A stretch of DNA of 58,903 bases, the filler included. It is 8 parts of 8 records of this genome, joined end to end, with 100 filler letters (N's around TTAATTAATTAA, not from the genome) between each part and the next. Parts side by side here need not be neighbours in the genome. Positions count along the whole stretch, not along the records: positions 34,232 to 44,232 come from SRR31147125_816; positions 44,333 to 50,814 come from SRR31147125_825; 6 more parts are not named here. One strand, given 5' to 3'. How positions within the stretch are numbered: the first letter of the stretch is position 1; every line of letters begins with the position of its first letter. Positions 38,570 through 48,938 of the stretch are shown piece by piece. The notes below the pieces were generated by a model that was not told the DNA's origin, ran no database searches, and worked only from the letters and a program-made list of their open reading frames with translations. Made by a program: the position numbers and the translations under genes.

Positions 38570-40949
38570 ATGAAGTATAAGAACAAAAAGTATATTGTTT
38601 TCCCATTTGTATTTGGGGTCATTTACTGGATATTGGAATCCATTCTTGATTATTTTTACTCAGGTACAGCCACACTCGATAATAATTTATTCTCTACTAT
38701 ATCAGACTATCATTTTTATGCACGCACCACTGTGATATTATGTATTTTTATATTTGGAGTCATTCTATCAAAAGTACTAAAGAAATATGAGGTTGCGGAA
38801 CAGGAATTGAGAGAACAAAAACAACGGTATACTCTGGCCACTGAGACAGGAAAAGTTAGTGTTTGGGACTATAATATAAAAACGAAGGATCTCTATCTCG
38901 ATCCAAACTTAAAATCATCACTCGGTTATGCAGATCATGAAATTCAAAACAACCTGGATGCCTGGATGAAGCTGGTGCATCCTGAGGATCATCAAAAAAT
39001 ACAAAAAGATATCAGAGAACATATAGACGGAAAAATATCAAAGTTTGAAACGATCCACAGAATGGTGCATAAAAATGGCAGTACACGCCGATTTTTTGTA
39101 CGTGGGCAGGCTTTACATGATGATAACGGTCAGCCATATCGCCTGATAGGAACGGACACAGATATTACTCAGTACCATATAATGGCTCAAAAATTACGCG
39201 CGAGTGAGGAAAAATTTCGTGCCTTGACCGAACATTCTCAAGACATTATCATGCGATTTGACCGACAACACAGACACCTGTATGTAAATTCAGCTATTTC
39301 GATACTTTTTGATCTTGAGCCAAAGGATTTTATTGGTAAAACGCATGAGGAATTAGGATTTTCAGCTGACATGTGCCATTATTGGAAACAAAATCTACAA
39401 AAAGTTTTTGATACAGGTCTCCCTGTTGAAGAAGAATTTGAAATTGAAGGTAAAAACGGACCGATTGTCTTTGATTGGAGGCTAGTTCCCGAATTCAACG
39501 CTAACAACATAGTTGAAACAGTTATGACCACGGCACGTGATATCACCTTGCGTAAAAAAGCCGAAAAAAACTTAAAGAGCGTAATAAATACATTCAGACA
39601 ATCCTGGACAACCTGCCTATTGGCCTGGCTGTATATAGAATCAACGACAAAAAGGTGGCGTATCTTAATAATAAATTTGAAGATATATGTGGTTGGCCTC
39701 ACAATAGTTTTTTGACCAGGGATGATTTCTACAATAAAGTCTTTCAGGATGTTCATTATCGGAAAAAAGTAAGAGATAGAATAGTCGCTGATCTCAACAA
39801 TCCTGATTCTGCAAATTTGAAATGGGGAAATATAACAATTAGAACAAAAACCGGAAAAAGAAAATCATTACTATTAGTAATATTCCTCTCCTGGAGCAAA
39901 ATTTAATGATATCAACCATCAGGAATGTCACTAAAAAAAGAAAAATTGAAAATGCCCTGAAAGATAGTGAGCAAAAATTCAGAACCATAGCAGAACAAAG
40001 CTTCGACATCATCTTTGCATTTGATGTAGATGGTAATCTATCCTTTGTGTCTTCTTCAGCCGAGAGAGTTCTAAGTTACAGCGTAGATGAACTAATAGTT
40101 CATAATGTTCTCGATTACGCTATCAAGCATTCTTCTCAAAAAATCACTCATTCTTTCAACGATATCATCAATGGTAACACGGTTGAGAATCTGGAGGTAC
40201 CTCTAGTTACGAATAAAGGCATTGTTGTCAGCATGGACGTCAATGCCAGTCCTCTTTATAGAAACGGGAAAATTGTCGGTGCCCTGGCTATCGCTAGAGA
40301 CGTGACTGATCGTAGACGAACCGAAAAACAACTCAAACAATCTCTTCTTGAAAAAGAGGTACTTTTAAAAGAGATTCACCATCGGGTTAAAAATAATCTT
40401 CAAGTCATAACCAGTCTGATAAACCTTCAATCAAATCTCATCCACGACAAGCAGGCGTTGAACGCCTTCAAGGAAACTAAAGTTCGTGTCAAATCGATGG
40501 CACTTGTTCACGAAAAATTATATCAGTCCAACGATTATACTCAAATTGATTTTAATGACTATATCCACTCGCTTGTGGGTAATTTGTTTCAAATATATGC
40601 AATTACAGGCAATATATCCCTGGAAGTGAATGCCCAAAATACCTCTTTCAATATCAATAAAGCTGTGCCATGTGGACTTTTAATCAATGAACTCTTATCT
40701 AATGCTATCAAGCACGCATTTCCTAATGGCCAACAGGGTAAAATAACTATAAATCTGCATTTGATAAATAACAAATTTGAATTAATCGTAAAAGACAATG
40801 GTGTTGGGCTGCCGGAACACATTGATATAAAGAACAATGATTCATTAGGATTACAACTGGTTAGTATTCTTACGGAACAATTGGAAGGGCAAATAGAACT
40901 TTCAAGAAAAACCGGCACAACTTTTAAAATCCAGTTCGATAATTTTTAG
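38570..40949 (+). CDS. Membrane-anchored multi-PAS sensor histidine kinase (HisKA_2 type); two homopolymer frameshifts (~39567, ~39860); about 793 aa when joined
   Basis: Two N-terminal TM helices; PAS/PAC motifs ('VHPEDH', 'DIT', 'ARDVTDR'); H-box 'EIHHRVKNNLQ'; 'NELLSNAIKHAF', 'DNGVG' and 'SLGL'. Confidence 0.9.
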
Positions 40950-41340
40950 ATATAATTGTTATCAACGCTTCCAATACTCCTTAAATCAAGTATACTGTTA
41001 ATCAAGGTTCATCATTTTACCCCTTTTTGCTATAGATACACCATTTGAAGTAACGCCCCTCCCCTGAATTCCCGAAACGAGCACTCGGCATGACACCCTC
41101 TTTTTTCGAAGGCAATATGACATTTACACAAATGTAATTAGTTCAAACACCTAAATCGTTCGCAAAAAAAACGAGTGTCACTCACTCAAGCAATTCTCTC
41201 TGTCTAATTCATGCTTTCATAATTCCCTCTCATTTTTCATAAAACTTTTGACACGACCATCTCAGCCGAAACAACTCATCCTTTAGCTGTTTTCACAATG
41301 TAACAATTTTCAAATAGTATAAAAGGCTATGCAATCTAAT

Positions 41341-41370
41341 AAAAAAAGCCCTATCCTCTGACAGGGCTTT
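41341..41370 (-). terminator. Intrinsic terminator of the sigma54 transcript
   Basis: Minus strand AAAGCCCTGTC-AGAG-GATAGGGCTTTTTTT. One pair is G-U on the minus strand but an A-C mismatch on the plus strand, which favours the minus orientation. Confidence 0.75.
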
Positions 41371-41417
41371 CTTTGTTGCTTCACAAGGTGCTATGCTCTG
41401 GCTGCAAACAATGAGTG

Positions 41418-41456
41418 CTAATCACTAAATAGAATTGGGGGAAAGGATTTATACAT
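41418..41456 (-). CDS. Possible micropeptide MYKSFPPILFSD
   Basis: AAAGGGGG (SD-like) lies 9 nt upstream of ATG 41456; stop TAG at 41420-41418. Confidence 0.3.
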   Translation of the reverse strand: MYKSFPPILFSD

Positions 41457-41485
41457 GTTACGATGCCCCCTTTGTTCAGATTTTA

Positions 41486-41501
41486 TGCAAACCATATGCC
41501 A
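41486..41501 (-). promoter_or_regulatory. Sigma54 (RpoN) -24/-12 promoter
   Basis: Minus strand TGGCATATGGTTTGCA; the GG and GC dinucleotides have the canonical 12-bp offset. Confidence 0.75.
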
Positions 41502-41682
41502 CAGAGATATCAACGACCAAATATATGTTTATATTTCATTTGCACTACCAACAAAAAAGCATTTTTTACAACATTTAACCACCAATTTGAAACGGCAGTA
41601 ACAAATTTGTCAACCTGCTAAAAATAAAAATAATCTCACTTGGTAATTTTAAATAAACTTTAAAAATAATTTGTTAACTGTA

Positions 41683-41711
41683 TTGACATTCAAAATTTTA
41701 TTTTTTAGATT
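41683..41711 (+). promoter_or_regulatory. Sigma70-type promoter for the peptide operon
   Basis: TTGACA(41683)-17 bp-TAGATT(41706). Confidence 0.6.
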
Positions 41712-41942
41712 ATCAAACTAAAAAAATAGTACTGCACCAGGAACTTTACGCATTTAGTCGCTAACAATAAAGCGGGGAGGAAATCAACGACTTTACATCT
41801 ATGACAACAATTTGTCAGGCAACTTTTTAGGATCTGCTAAACTTCCTGGGATCAGTGCATTAAAGCAGCAGCCAGCATCCCTCTGTAATCTGGCCACCTC
41901 GAATACGGATCATGTCAACTCTTCATTATAAAGGAGTATGAC

Positions 41943-42185
41943 ATGAAAAAAGCAATCGTATTTATTTTGATGGGTGGTATTTACATCCTGTTGGCTATTG
42001 GAGCATCATGGGCTAACAATTCTGGAACAGTCGATGATTTCGTTAATTTTTTAGGATTACAATCTAATTCAGTACTATCTGATAATTCAGGTGGTGATCA
42101 GGGACCTTTAAAAGGGACGGCACCTTCAAATTTACCGATTCCGTCACCCCCGACACCACCACCAAATGTAATTGTCTCGGAATAA
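41943..42185 (+). CDS. Small secreted protein/prepeptide (80 aa) with Pro-rich C-terminus
   Basis: RBS AAGGAG 6 nt upstream; Sec-type signal MKKAIVFILMGGIYILLAIGASWA; tail 'PSNLPIPSPPTPPPNVIVSE'. Confidence 0.75.
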   Translation: MKKAIVFILMGGIYILLAIGASWANNSGTVDDFVNFLGLQSNSVLSDNSGGDQGPLKGTAPSNLPIPSPPTPPPNVIVSE

Positions 42186-42272
42186 TTTTCACACATATGT
42201 TTTTATTGTTGATGTTATCAAGTACAAGTTTTAAATATTTTATAGTAGGCATGGTCTGCTATTCGAGGTGAT

Positions 42273-43355
42273 ATGAAGATGGGCAGATATAATTTTGCGA
42301 TTCTTAAAAAAATCGCTAACCTGTGGTTGCTTTTCAATGTAGTCATGATTATTGTATCATATCTACCTCATTGGCCTATGCCCTATATCAGCTGGATGAA
42401 TTTATCACTTTATTTTCTCGCGTTCATAAGTACGATCTTTATTGCAAAGGCGGAAAAATATAATAGAGATACATTAATTCCGCTCGCAATTCTTTTCTTT
42501 CTTTACGCGGTTCCATCCGTATTTCTTATTCTAATAGGAAAAAACTTTAGCTTTGGTAGCGATACCTTATCCTGGTTAACTTTCCGCTACTATTATCTGA
42601 TTATACTTTTTTTCTTTGCATATAGTATTTTATATTATGCTGCAAAAAATGCACTTCAACCTGGCATACCCATTTTGCTCAACGCGGCAACATTTATCTT
42701 TGTTGCCGCTGTCTTTTTTGTTCATTTTCATGTGCTTATCTTTAATCCCTCTGTACCGCATTATAATGAAATTTTTATTTCTAAAAAATTTACATACTAT
42801 ATCTTACCGCTTTTTTCTGTTTTTCTTTACGGAGTCCTGAATCCATTTTTAAAACCGAAACACGGTGAATATACCCATGCCATTATGGCTATTTTAGCTT
42901 TTTTAAGCCTGAGAGAATTTGCCATCACTCTGTCAGAAATGAAAAATGTTTTTTTCTTTGGAACGGATCAATACTTTTTAGCATTCACTTTAATCATTCT
43001 AAACTTTTTCCTGTTTAAAAAACTTAATTTTGTTTATTCTACAGCCGGACAAATCTACACGAAAATTCTTTATAATGATCTTCAAATTCCCAACCTAAAA
43101 TTAGAAAGCAGAGAAAAAGGACGCTTGTCTAAATTTGCGTTGTTTGTCTATTTTATCTATTTAAAACGAGCTCTGTTAATCCCGTTATCTTTTATAATGT
43201 TATTTTTTATTAAATATATGGAACCCCCATTAATTGTAAGTCTCAATTTAATTTTTATTGGATTGATGCTTTTTATAATCATCCTGTTCATGATTTATAC
43301 TTTTAATCGAAAACAAAAAAAAGATGGTTATATAATTTCCAATTTTGATCATTAA
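42273..43355 (+). CDS. Polytopic membrane protein of unknown function (about 10 hydrophobic segments)
   Basis: RBS GAGGTG; a 360-aa ORF dominated by hydrophobic helices with no recognisable catalytic motif. Confidence 0.75.
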   Translation: MKMGRYNFAILKKIANLWLLFNVVMIIVSYLPHWPMPYISWMNLSLYFLAFISTIFIAKAEKYNRDTLIPLAILFFLYAVPSVFLILIGKNFSFGSDTLSWLTFRYYYLIILFFFAYSILYYAAKNALQPGIPILLNAATFIFVAAVFFVHFHVLIFNPSVPHYNEIFISKKFTYYILPLFSVFLYGVLNPFLKPKHGEYTHAIMAILAFLSLREFAITLSEMKNVFFFGTDQYFLAFTLIILNFFLFKKLNFVYSTAGQIYTKILYNDLQIPNLKLESREKGRLSKFALFVYFIYLKRALLIPLSFIMLFFIKYMEPPLIVSLNLIFIGLMLFIIILFMIYTFNRKQKKDGYIISNFDH

Positions 43356-43383
43356 TTTAAGGGATATGTTGAGGTGAGGTGTT

Positions 43384-44232
43384 ATGGTCAGTTTATCATT
43401 AAATGAGTCAAAATTATTAGGCAACAGCCCGGAAATTGAACGAGTTCGTAAATCCATTCGAGCTTTTTCAAAAATCAGGGATAATGTGCTTATACTAGGT
43501 GATGTCGGTAGCGGTCGCACCTTTACCGCTACAAGTATCCATCGTTTGGGAAATACCCAAAATCTTCCTTTTATTACCATTCCTTGTGGTGCCATCGGTG
43601 ATACTATTGACAAGGAACACATTTTAGGGGGCTCAGATAAAGAGCAACAAAAAAACGCGGAACTCTTTAAAGCGGGAAAAGGTACGATCTATCTTCAGGA
43701 TGTGGATCGCTTACACCCGGATCTGCAGGATAGGCTCTATAATTTGATTACAACCTATTCTCCTGATCATGGAAACGGTAATAAAATGCTGGCTTCCCGA
43801 ATAATTGCTTCTGCTGAACCCTCTTTGGAAGAAATGGCACGAAAAAGAAAATATAATTTCGCACTTTACCAGGAACTATCCAAAGCCCGGATTAACGTAC
43901 CCTCTATTCAGAACAGACGACAGGATATCATTATCATTTTCACCCATTTTATTGAATCCTATTGCGAAGAATTTGGCAAAAGCATTCCAACCATATCCTA
44001 TGAGATTTTTGAAGAGATCATTGATTACGATTGGCCTGGAAATGTGGAAGAAATAAAAAATTGTGTCCGAAATATGATTATCCTCTCTCCTGAGGGTGAA
44101 TTATCCGCCGAATTTCTACCATTCCATGTCCAGCGAAATCCTTTGGAAGCTCTCACAGTAAAGGACCTGCCTTCCGCTATATCTGAAGTAGAACGTTTTC
44201 TTATTCGTCATGCTCTGGCTCGTTTTGAGGGG
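43384..44232 (+). CDS. Sigma54-interaction-domain (bEBP-like) AAA+ regulator with degenerate motifs, 3'-truncated
   Basis: 'LLGNSPEI', 'VLILGDVGSGRT', 'PFITIPC', 'GTIYLQDV', 'RIIASA', 'DWPGNVEE' and the start of a Fis-HTH 'ERFLIRHALARFEG'. There is no GAFTGA and no receiver domain. Confidence 0.85.
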
Positions 44233-44332
44233 NNNNNNNNNNNNNNNNNNNNNNNNNNNNNNNNNNNNNNNNNNNNTTAATTAATTAANNNNNNNNNNNN
44301 NNNNNNNNNNNNNNNNNNNNNNNNNNNNNNNN
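44233..44332. other. Artificial contig spacer
   Basis: N-run + TTAATTAATTAA + N-run. Confidence 0.99.
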
Positions 44333-45671
44333 AAAAACCTTTAACAACGTTTTTATCGTTCATGTCCAAACGGAGTGGTTTCATGTAGAGCATATCTTTG
44401 GCTATATTGAAATAACCGCTACTTAAAAGATGAAGTTTATTGTTGTTAAGTTTTCCGAAAATGCCACTACCGTCAACTTTTTCGACAGGGGCTTTGAGGT
44501 AGATTTTAAAATTATTAAGGTCTGTACTTTCTACAGATAAAATAATTGGAATTTCCACCTTGAAGTTATCTTCTCCCTGCTTTCCGTAAACTTCATAATC
44601 TCCCGGTTTTTGAAGTGCAAATTCCACCACTGCGTTTGTTTTATCACCATAAGAACCAGAAACTTTCAAATAAGTTCCATTAATCCTATAATAGTCTTTT
44701 CCAACAAAGGCTGCAAATTTTGAGATAGATAAGGTTGATTTAGCGTGACTTGTTCCTCTTTTATTTGCTCTTCCAGATGTGGTTGTTTTTAATTTATCAA
44801 CAGTCAATTTTGTATTTTCAACATCGACATTTAGCCTATCTAGCAAAATATCGGTTTCTCCTTTAATGGAATACTGATTTGCCTGAAAATTCCTGAATTT
44901 TACAATCAAGTCTTTGGCGAGAATCTTTGATTTATCGACATTGACATCTGCTTTTTCAAGTGTGATTTTTGCAGCCCCATCAATTTTGGTGTTTATTGTG
45001 GCAACGTTGCTTGCTGCAAGTGACAGGTTTTCGGCTTCGATTGTATCTCCATCAAGTAAAACAGAGGCATCTATATCTTTAACTACAATACTGCGAGTCA
45101 CGATTGGGAGCTTGCTTATTGAGATGACAAGTTCTTTTAGGGCTTTTTTCAGTTCTTCTGTGTATTGCTTGCTGAGATTTTCAGGTTTTTCCTGTGTTTT
45201 TTCAAGGTTTTCACCTTCTTGTGTGGCTAGTGCCATTTCAGGCTCATCAATGAATTTTCCGATAATAAGCTCAAGAAATGCTGTGATGTTATCCGGTGCT
45301 TTTTTCTTTGTCTCGTATGTAGCATCAATATTGGTGAGCAGAATTCGATCAACCCAGATTTCATCATCAAGGACATATGAAAGAGGAGTGTATTCAAGTA
45401 GTACATGATCTACTGATAAAATTGGCTTTGTGTATCCTGGAATCTTGCCGATATACAATTTGTTAAGCTCTATACCTGAAAGAAGACGAAGTTTTGAAAC
45501 CTCGACTCTGGCGTTGATTTCATTATCTTCCAGCCAGCTATTGACTATTGGATTGACGACAACTTCATATGGAAAAGCAATGGCAAAAAGTGCCAGAATT
45601 ATCAAATTACCGATAAATACTCTGATAACCAGAAAGAATTTACAGAGGACTTTTTTGTGTTTTTCTTGCAT
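44333..45671 (-). CDS. Large membrane-anchored beta-rich protein (AsmA/TamB-like architecture), 3'-truncated
   Basis: N-terminal TM followed by a long run of alternating beta-strand-like segments; the family assignment is by architecture only. Confidence 0.5.
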
Positions 45672-45843
45672 GTAACCACCGATTTCTAGTGTTTTGTTTT
45701 AACCCTATCACAAGGCGTATGAATCCAACAATAGGCTTTTGAATGATTATGTCAATTTATGATGTGTGATACTCTTGACTATCTATATACATCTGCTACA
45801 TTTATCGAGTATTTTTATCTTTGTTTACAAAAGGTGTATTTGG

Positions 45844-46631
45844 ATGCTGAAAAGTGACCCACTATCAAGAAAAGGATTGGCTACTCTTGAGGAACTTGAA
45901 GATGCCATTGAAAAGCTGAAAGTTTCTTATGAGCAGTTTTTCTCAGGAATCGACAACATTGATCCATCTGACAAAAAAATGAAAATCAGAAGGTTGATTT
46001 CCAAGCTTACGCAAATGAGAATAAACAATCCGAGAATTAGATTTAGATTTCAATCATCAGTAGGACGTTTTGTTTCCTTGGATCAATACTGGACAAGGAC
46101 TATGAAAGCCATCAACGATGGAAGAATGGAGAGAAAGCTTTTTCGTCAGCCGGTTATCGGGATGGGTTCTACGAAAGGTTACTACGGCAAAACACCGCCC
46201 AAAATAGACAAAAACAAAGATCGAATAAAAGAAGAATTAAAAGCACACGCTTCGGCAGCTTCTGGAAAGACAAAGTCAGAGAAAAGACAAGATATTGAAA
46301 GCGTAGAATTGACCGAGAATGACATAAGAAAAGCTCCAAAGCCGACACTGAATGGTCATGATGAACCAAAAGCTGCCCCCAAAACCGAGGCTAAGCCGGA
46401 AGCTAATGGTAATGGCGTAAACATTAACAGTATTTATGCAAAATATGTGAACGTGCAGAAAAAAGTCGATCCAACATCGCCGACAGTAAAAAAAGATAAA
46501 TTATCCAATCAGATAAGCAATCAGGTTGATAGATTAAAAGCAAAATACGGAGATGCCGATATCGATTTCAAGGTTGTCGAAAAAGACAACAAAGTGCTTT
46601 TAAAGCCCGTTATCAAAAAGAAAAAGGATAA
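45844..46631 (+). CDS. MXAN_5187 C-terminal-domain-like protein; its stop was probably lost through a homopolymer error
   Basis: 'LKVSYEQFFSG...RFRFQS...RF...YWTR' and 'IYAKYV...LKAKYG...DFKVVEKDNKVLLKPV'. One extra A in the 46615-46625 A-runs gives TAA at 46629-46631. Confidence 0.65.
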
Positions 46632-46635
46632 CAAC

Positions 46636-48095
46636 ATGAAATTTCAACTAAAAACGATTCTTTTCCTGCTATCGATGCTCTGTTTGCTGGCGATTGCGGC
46701 TTGTTCATCAGATTCGGGAGATGGTGATGTCGATGGCGATAATGATTCGGATATCGAACAAACCGAAAGCCAGAAATGCACAGAAGGCGACAAAAGCTGC
46801 GATGGCACAAAAGCAAGAGTCTGCAAGTATTGGTCTTGGGTAGTTTTGGCTGATTGCGTAACAGACAATAAAATTTGCGAGAAGGGTGAGTGTACCATTC
46901 CTTTTAGCGATGGCGACGAAGAAGAAAAGGCGGAAATCGAGGCTATTGATAATGAAAAAGGATTCGCAGTTATTAGCACTTCACCCAAAGACGGTGCTAC
47001 CGGAATCGATCCTTTAACAGCCAAAGTGCTCATTAACTTTAATATGGCAATTGATCCGGATTCTTATACTCCATTTATGTTAATAGACTATGTCGGCGGA
47101 ACTCAGTCTGTAATGTTTAAAGGCACCCTGCAAGATCAAAATCGACAGGTGGAAATAAGTTTGGTCAGCCAACTTGAACAAGGACAAACATACAAAGTCA
47201 CAATCAAGCCTGATATGCTAAAGAGCATTAATGGTGATGTGTTCGAGGGAATGTCTCTTTCCTTTACAACATCGGGGATAACTGATGGCGATGCTGAAAC
47301 TGAGCCGGAAGGACCTAATCCACTTGGTGTCAAAAGAACTATACCCGCAAACGAGCAGAATTCTGTCGATACGGATATTAACGGAATTCAGGTATGGTTC
47401 GATGCTGATGTAGATTACTTCAACTGGAGAGTTGTCGATAAAGTTACAATAACTTCCGAAGCGGCAAGAGGGCAGGTTTCTTTGTAGGAGAATGGAAAAG
47501 TAAAACCATGTTTTACCTGATTCTTAAAGAGGATCTGAAAGACAACATGAAATACACTGTCGAGCTGCAAGAAGGATTGAAAACGCTAAGTGGTGGTGAA
47601 TTGGGCGCATATTCCTTCTGGTTTAGCACCAAAGAAGTGCTTGATGGTGATGTCGAAACGTCAGTGGATGGTGATGTGAATGATATTGATGTTACAGAGA
47701 TTCAGGAAATCGAGGCGGAGCAGGAAGAAGAAACAATAATAAATTCAGGCGAGTTTGACGATCAATCAATAAATTTCGGTTCATGTCTGGTTGATCCCAA
47801 AGTCTATAATTCTTCTACCAATACTCCTTCTGTTGAAGCCGAATGGATTGGTGGAGCCGAACGGGTCGTTAAAGTGACACATAAAAACGCTGAATATCTT
47901 AGCTGCGTAACCAAAGTTTCGGTGGAATTCGATCAAAAAGGTACAGATTTGATACTGACCGAGTCATCGACAACCGGAACTTGCAGTGATCCATGTCCGT
48001 ATAAGGTGACATACAATATCAAATGGTTGGCTCCGGCAACCTATAATGTAAAGATCCTTCCGGACAATGTAACGACATCGGTTTTGGTGAAATAA
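46636..48095 (+). CDS. Lipoprotein with DGD-rich linkers, a Cys-rich module and two Ig-like (Big_5/SbsA-type) domains; frameshift near 47482
   Basis: Own signal peptide MKFQLKTILFLLSMLCLLAIAAC; 'VISTSPKDGATGI...INFN', 'LEQGQTYKVTI' and 'RTIPANEQ'. The shifted frame continues 'LKDNMKYTVEL...YSFWFST'. Confidence 0.7.
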
Positions 48096-48230
48096 GTCAA
48101 TTATTTGATGTATATTCAGATATTTACACCAGATAATTGACAAATCATAACACGATGTGTTAGAGGCCTATTAGTGTATTGAATATCATATTAATGTATT
48201 GAAGTGGTATTTTTATAGGGTTTATATAAA

Positions 48231-48839
48231 ATGAGTGAACAAGAACCTGTTATTATCAAGCGTTACGCAAACCGAAAGCTGTATAACACCAATCAAAGTT
48301 GTTACATAACTCTCGAACAAATTGCTGACATGATTAAAGATGGTATCGACGTGCGTATCGTTGATTACAAATCTCACAAAGATATCACTTCTGTCACTAT
48401 GGCTCAGATTATTTTTGAAAAAGAGAAAAGACAGCGACTTTTGCCATCGCAGACATTGAAATACATCATTCAGAGTGGTGGCGAAGCTATAAGTGACTTT
48501 TTTCTAAAAAAAGTCAATTTGGGTCAATTGAAGGAAGAGGCGGAAAAAACTGTCGAAGTATTTGAGAAACTTTTTTCAAAAGGTGTTTTTACCAAAGAAG
48601 ATAGTGCAAAAGTAATTGGTGAATTGGTTAGGACATCACAAAACAACCTGGAAGATTTACAAAAGAGAATCGACGACAGAATCAAGACGATAGTAGGGCC
48701 AGTGGCACACCTTAATCTTATCAGAAAAGAGGTGGATTCGTTGCAGGCTCAGGTAGAACTTCTGGAAGAAAAACTTAAAAATTTTGAGGATTTAGCTGGC
48801 GTTCAGTCGGAAGAAATGGATAATTCCAACACTCAATAA
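48231..48839 (+). CDS. PHA/PHB accumulation regulator PhaR-like DNA-binding protein with coiled-coil C-terminus
   Basis: 'IIKRYANRKLYNT..SCYITL', 'DIT..T.AQII.E.E' (PHB_acc_N signature). Confidence 0.82.
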   Translation: MSEQEPVIIKRYANRKLYNTNQSCYITLEQIADMIKDGIDVRIVDYKSHKDITSVTMAQIIFEKEKRQRLLPSQTLKYIIQSGGEAISDFFLKKVNLGQLKEEAEKTVEVFEKLFSKGVFTKEDSAKVIGELVRTSQNNLEDLQKRIDDRIKTIVGPVAHLNLIRKEVDSLQAQVELLEEKLKNFEDLAGVQSEEMDNSNTQ

Positions 48840-48938
48840 ACAAAATTGCTATATTAAATTGCGTTTTTTTTGTGTTTTAGGTATAACCAACGACGATCTG
48901 TAATGACTTAAACTGGCTAGCGCGGGAGAGGAAAAACC

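Larger units (their letters stand above)
41341..41475 (-). ncRNA. Candidate ~135-nt sigma54-dependent small RNA, possibly also encoding a 12-aa peptide
   Basis: Bounded by a consensus -24/-12 promoter and an intrinsic terminator; contains no long ORF. Confidence 0.6.

Noticed and set aside
38570-40949. The PAS histidine kinase as the cognate sensor of the adjacent peptide/bEBP locus
   Set aside because: The AAA+ protein has no receiver domain and the kinase gene is about 1 kb from the operon, so proximity alone is not evidence.
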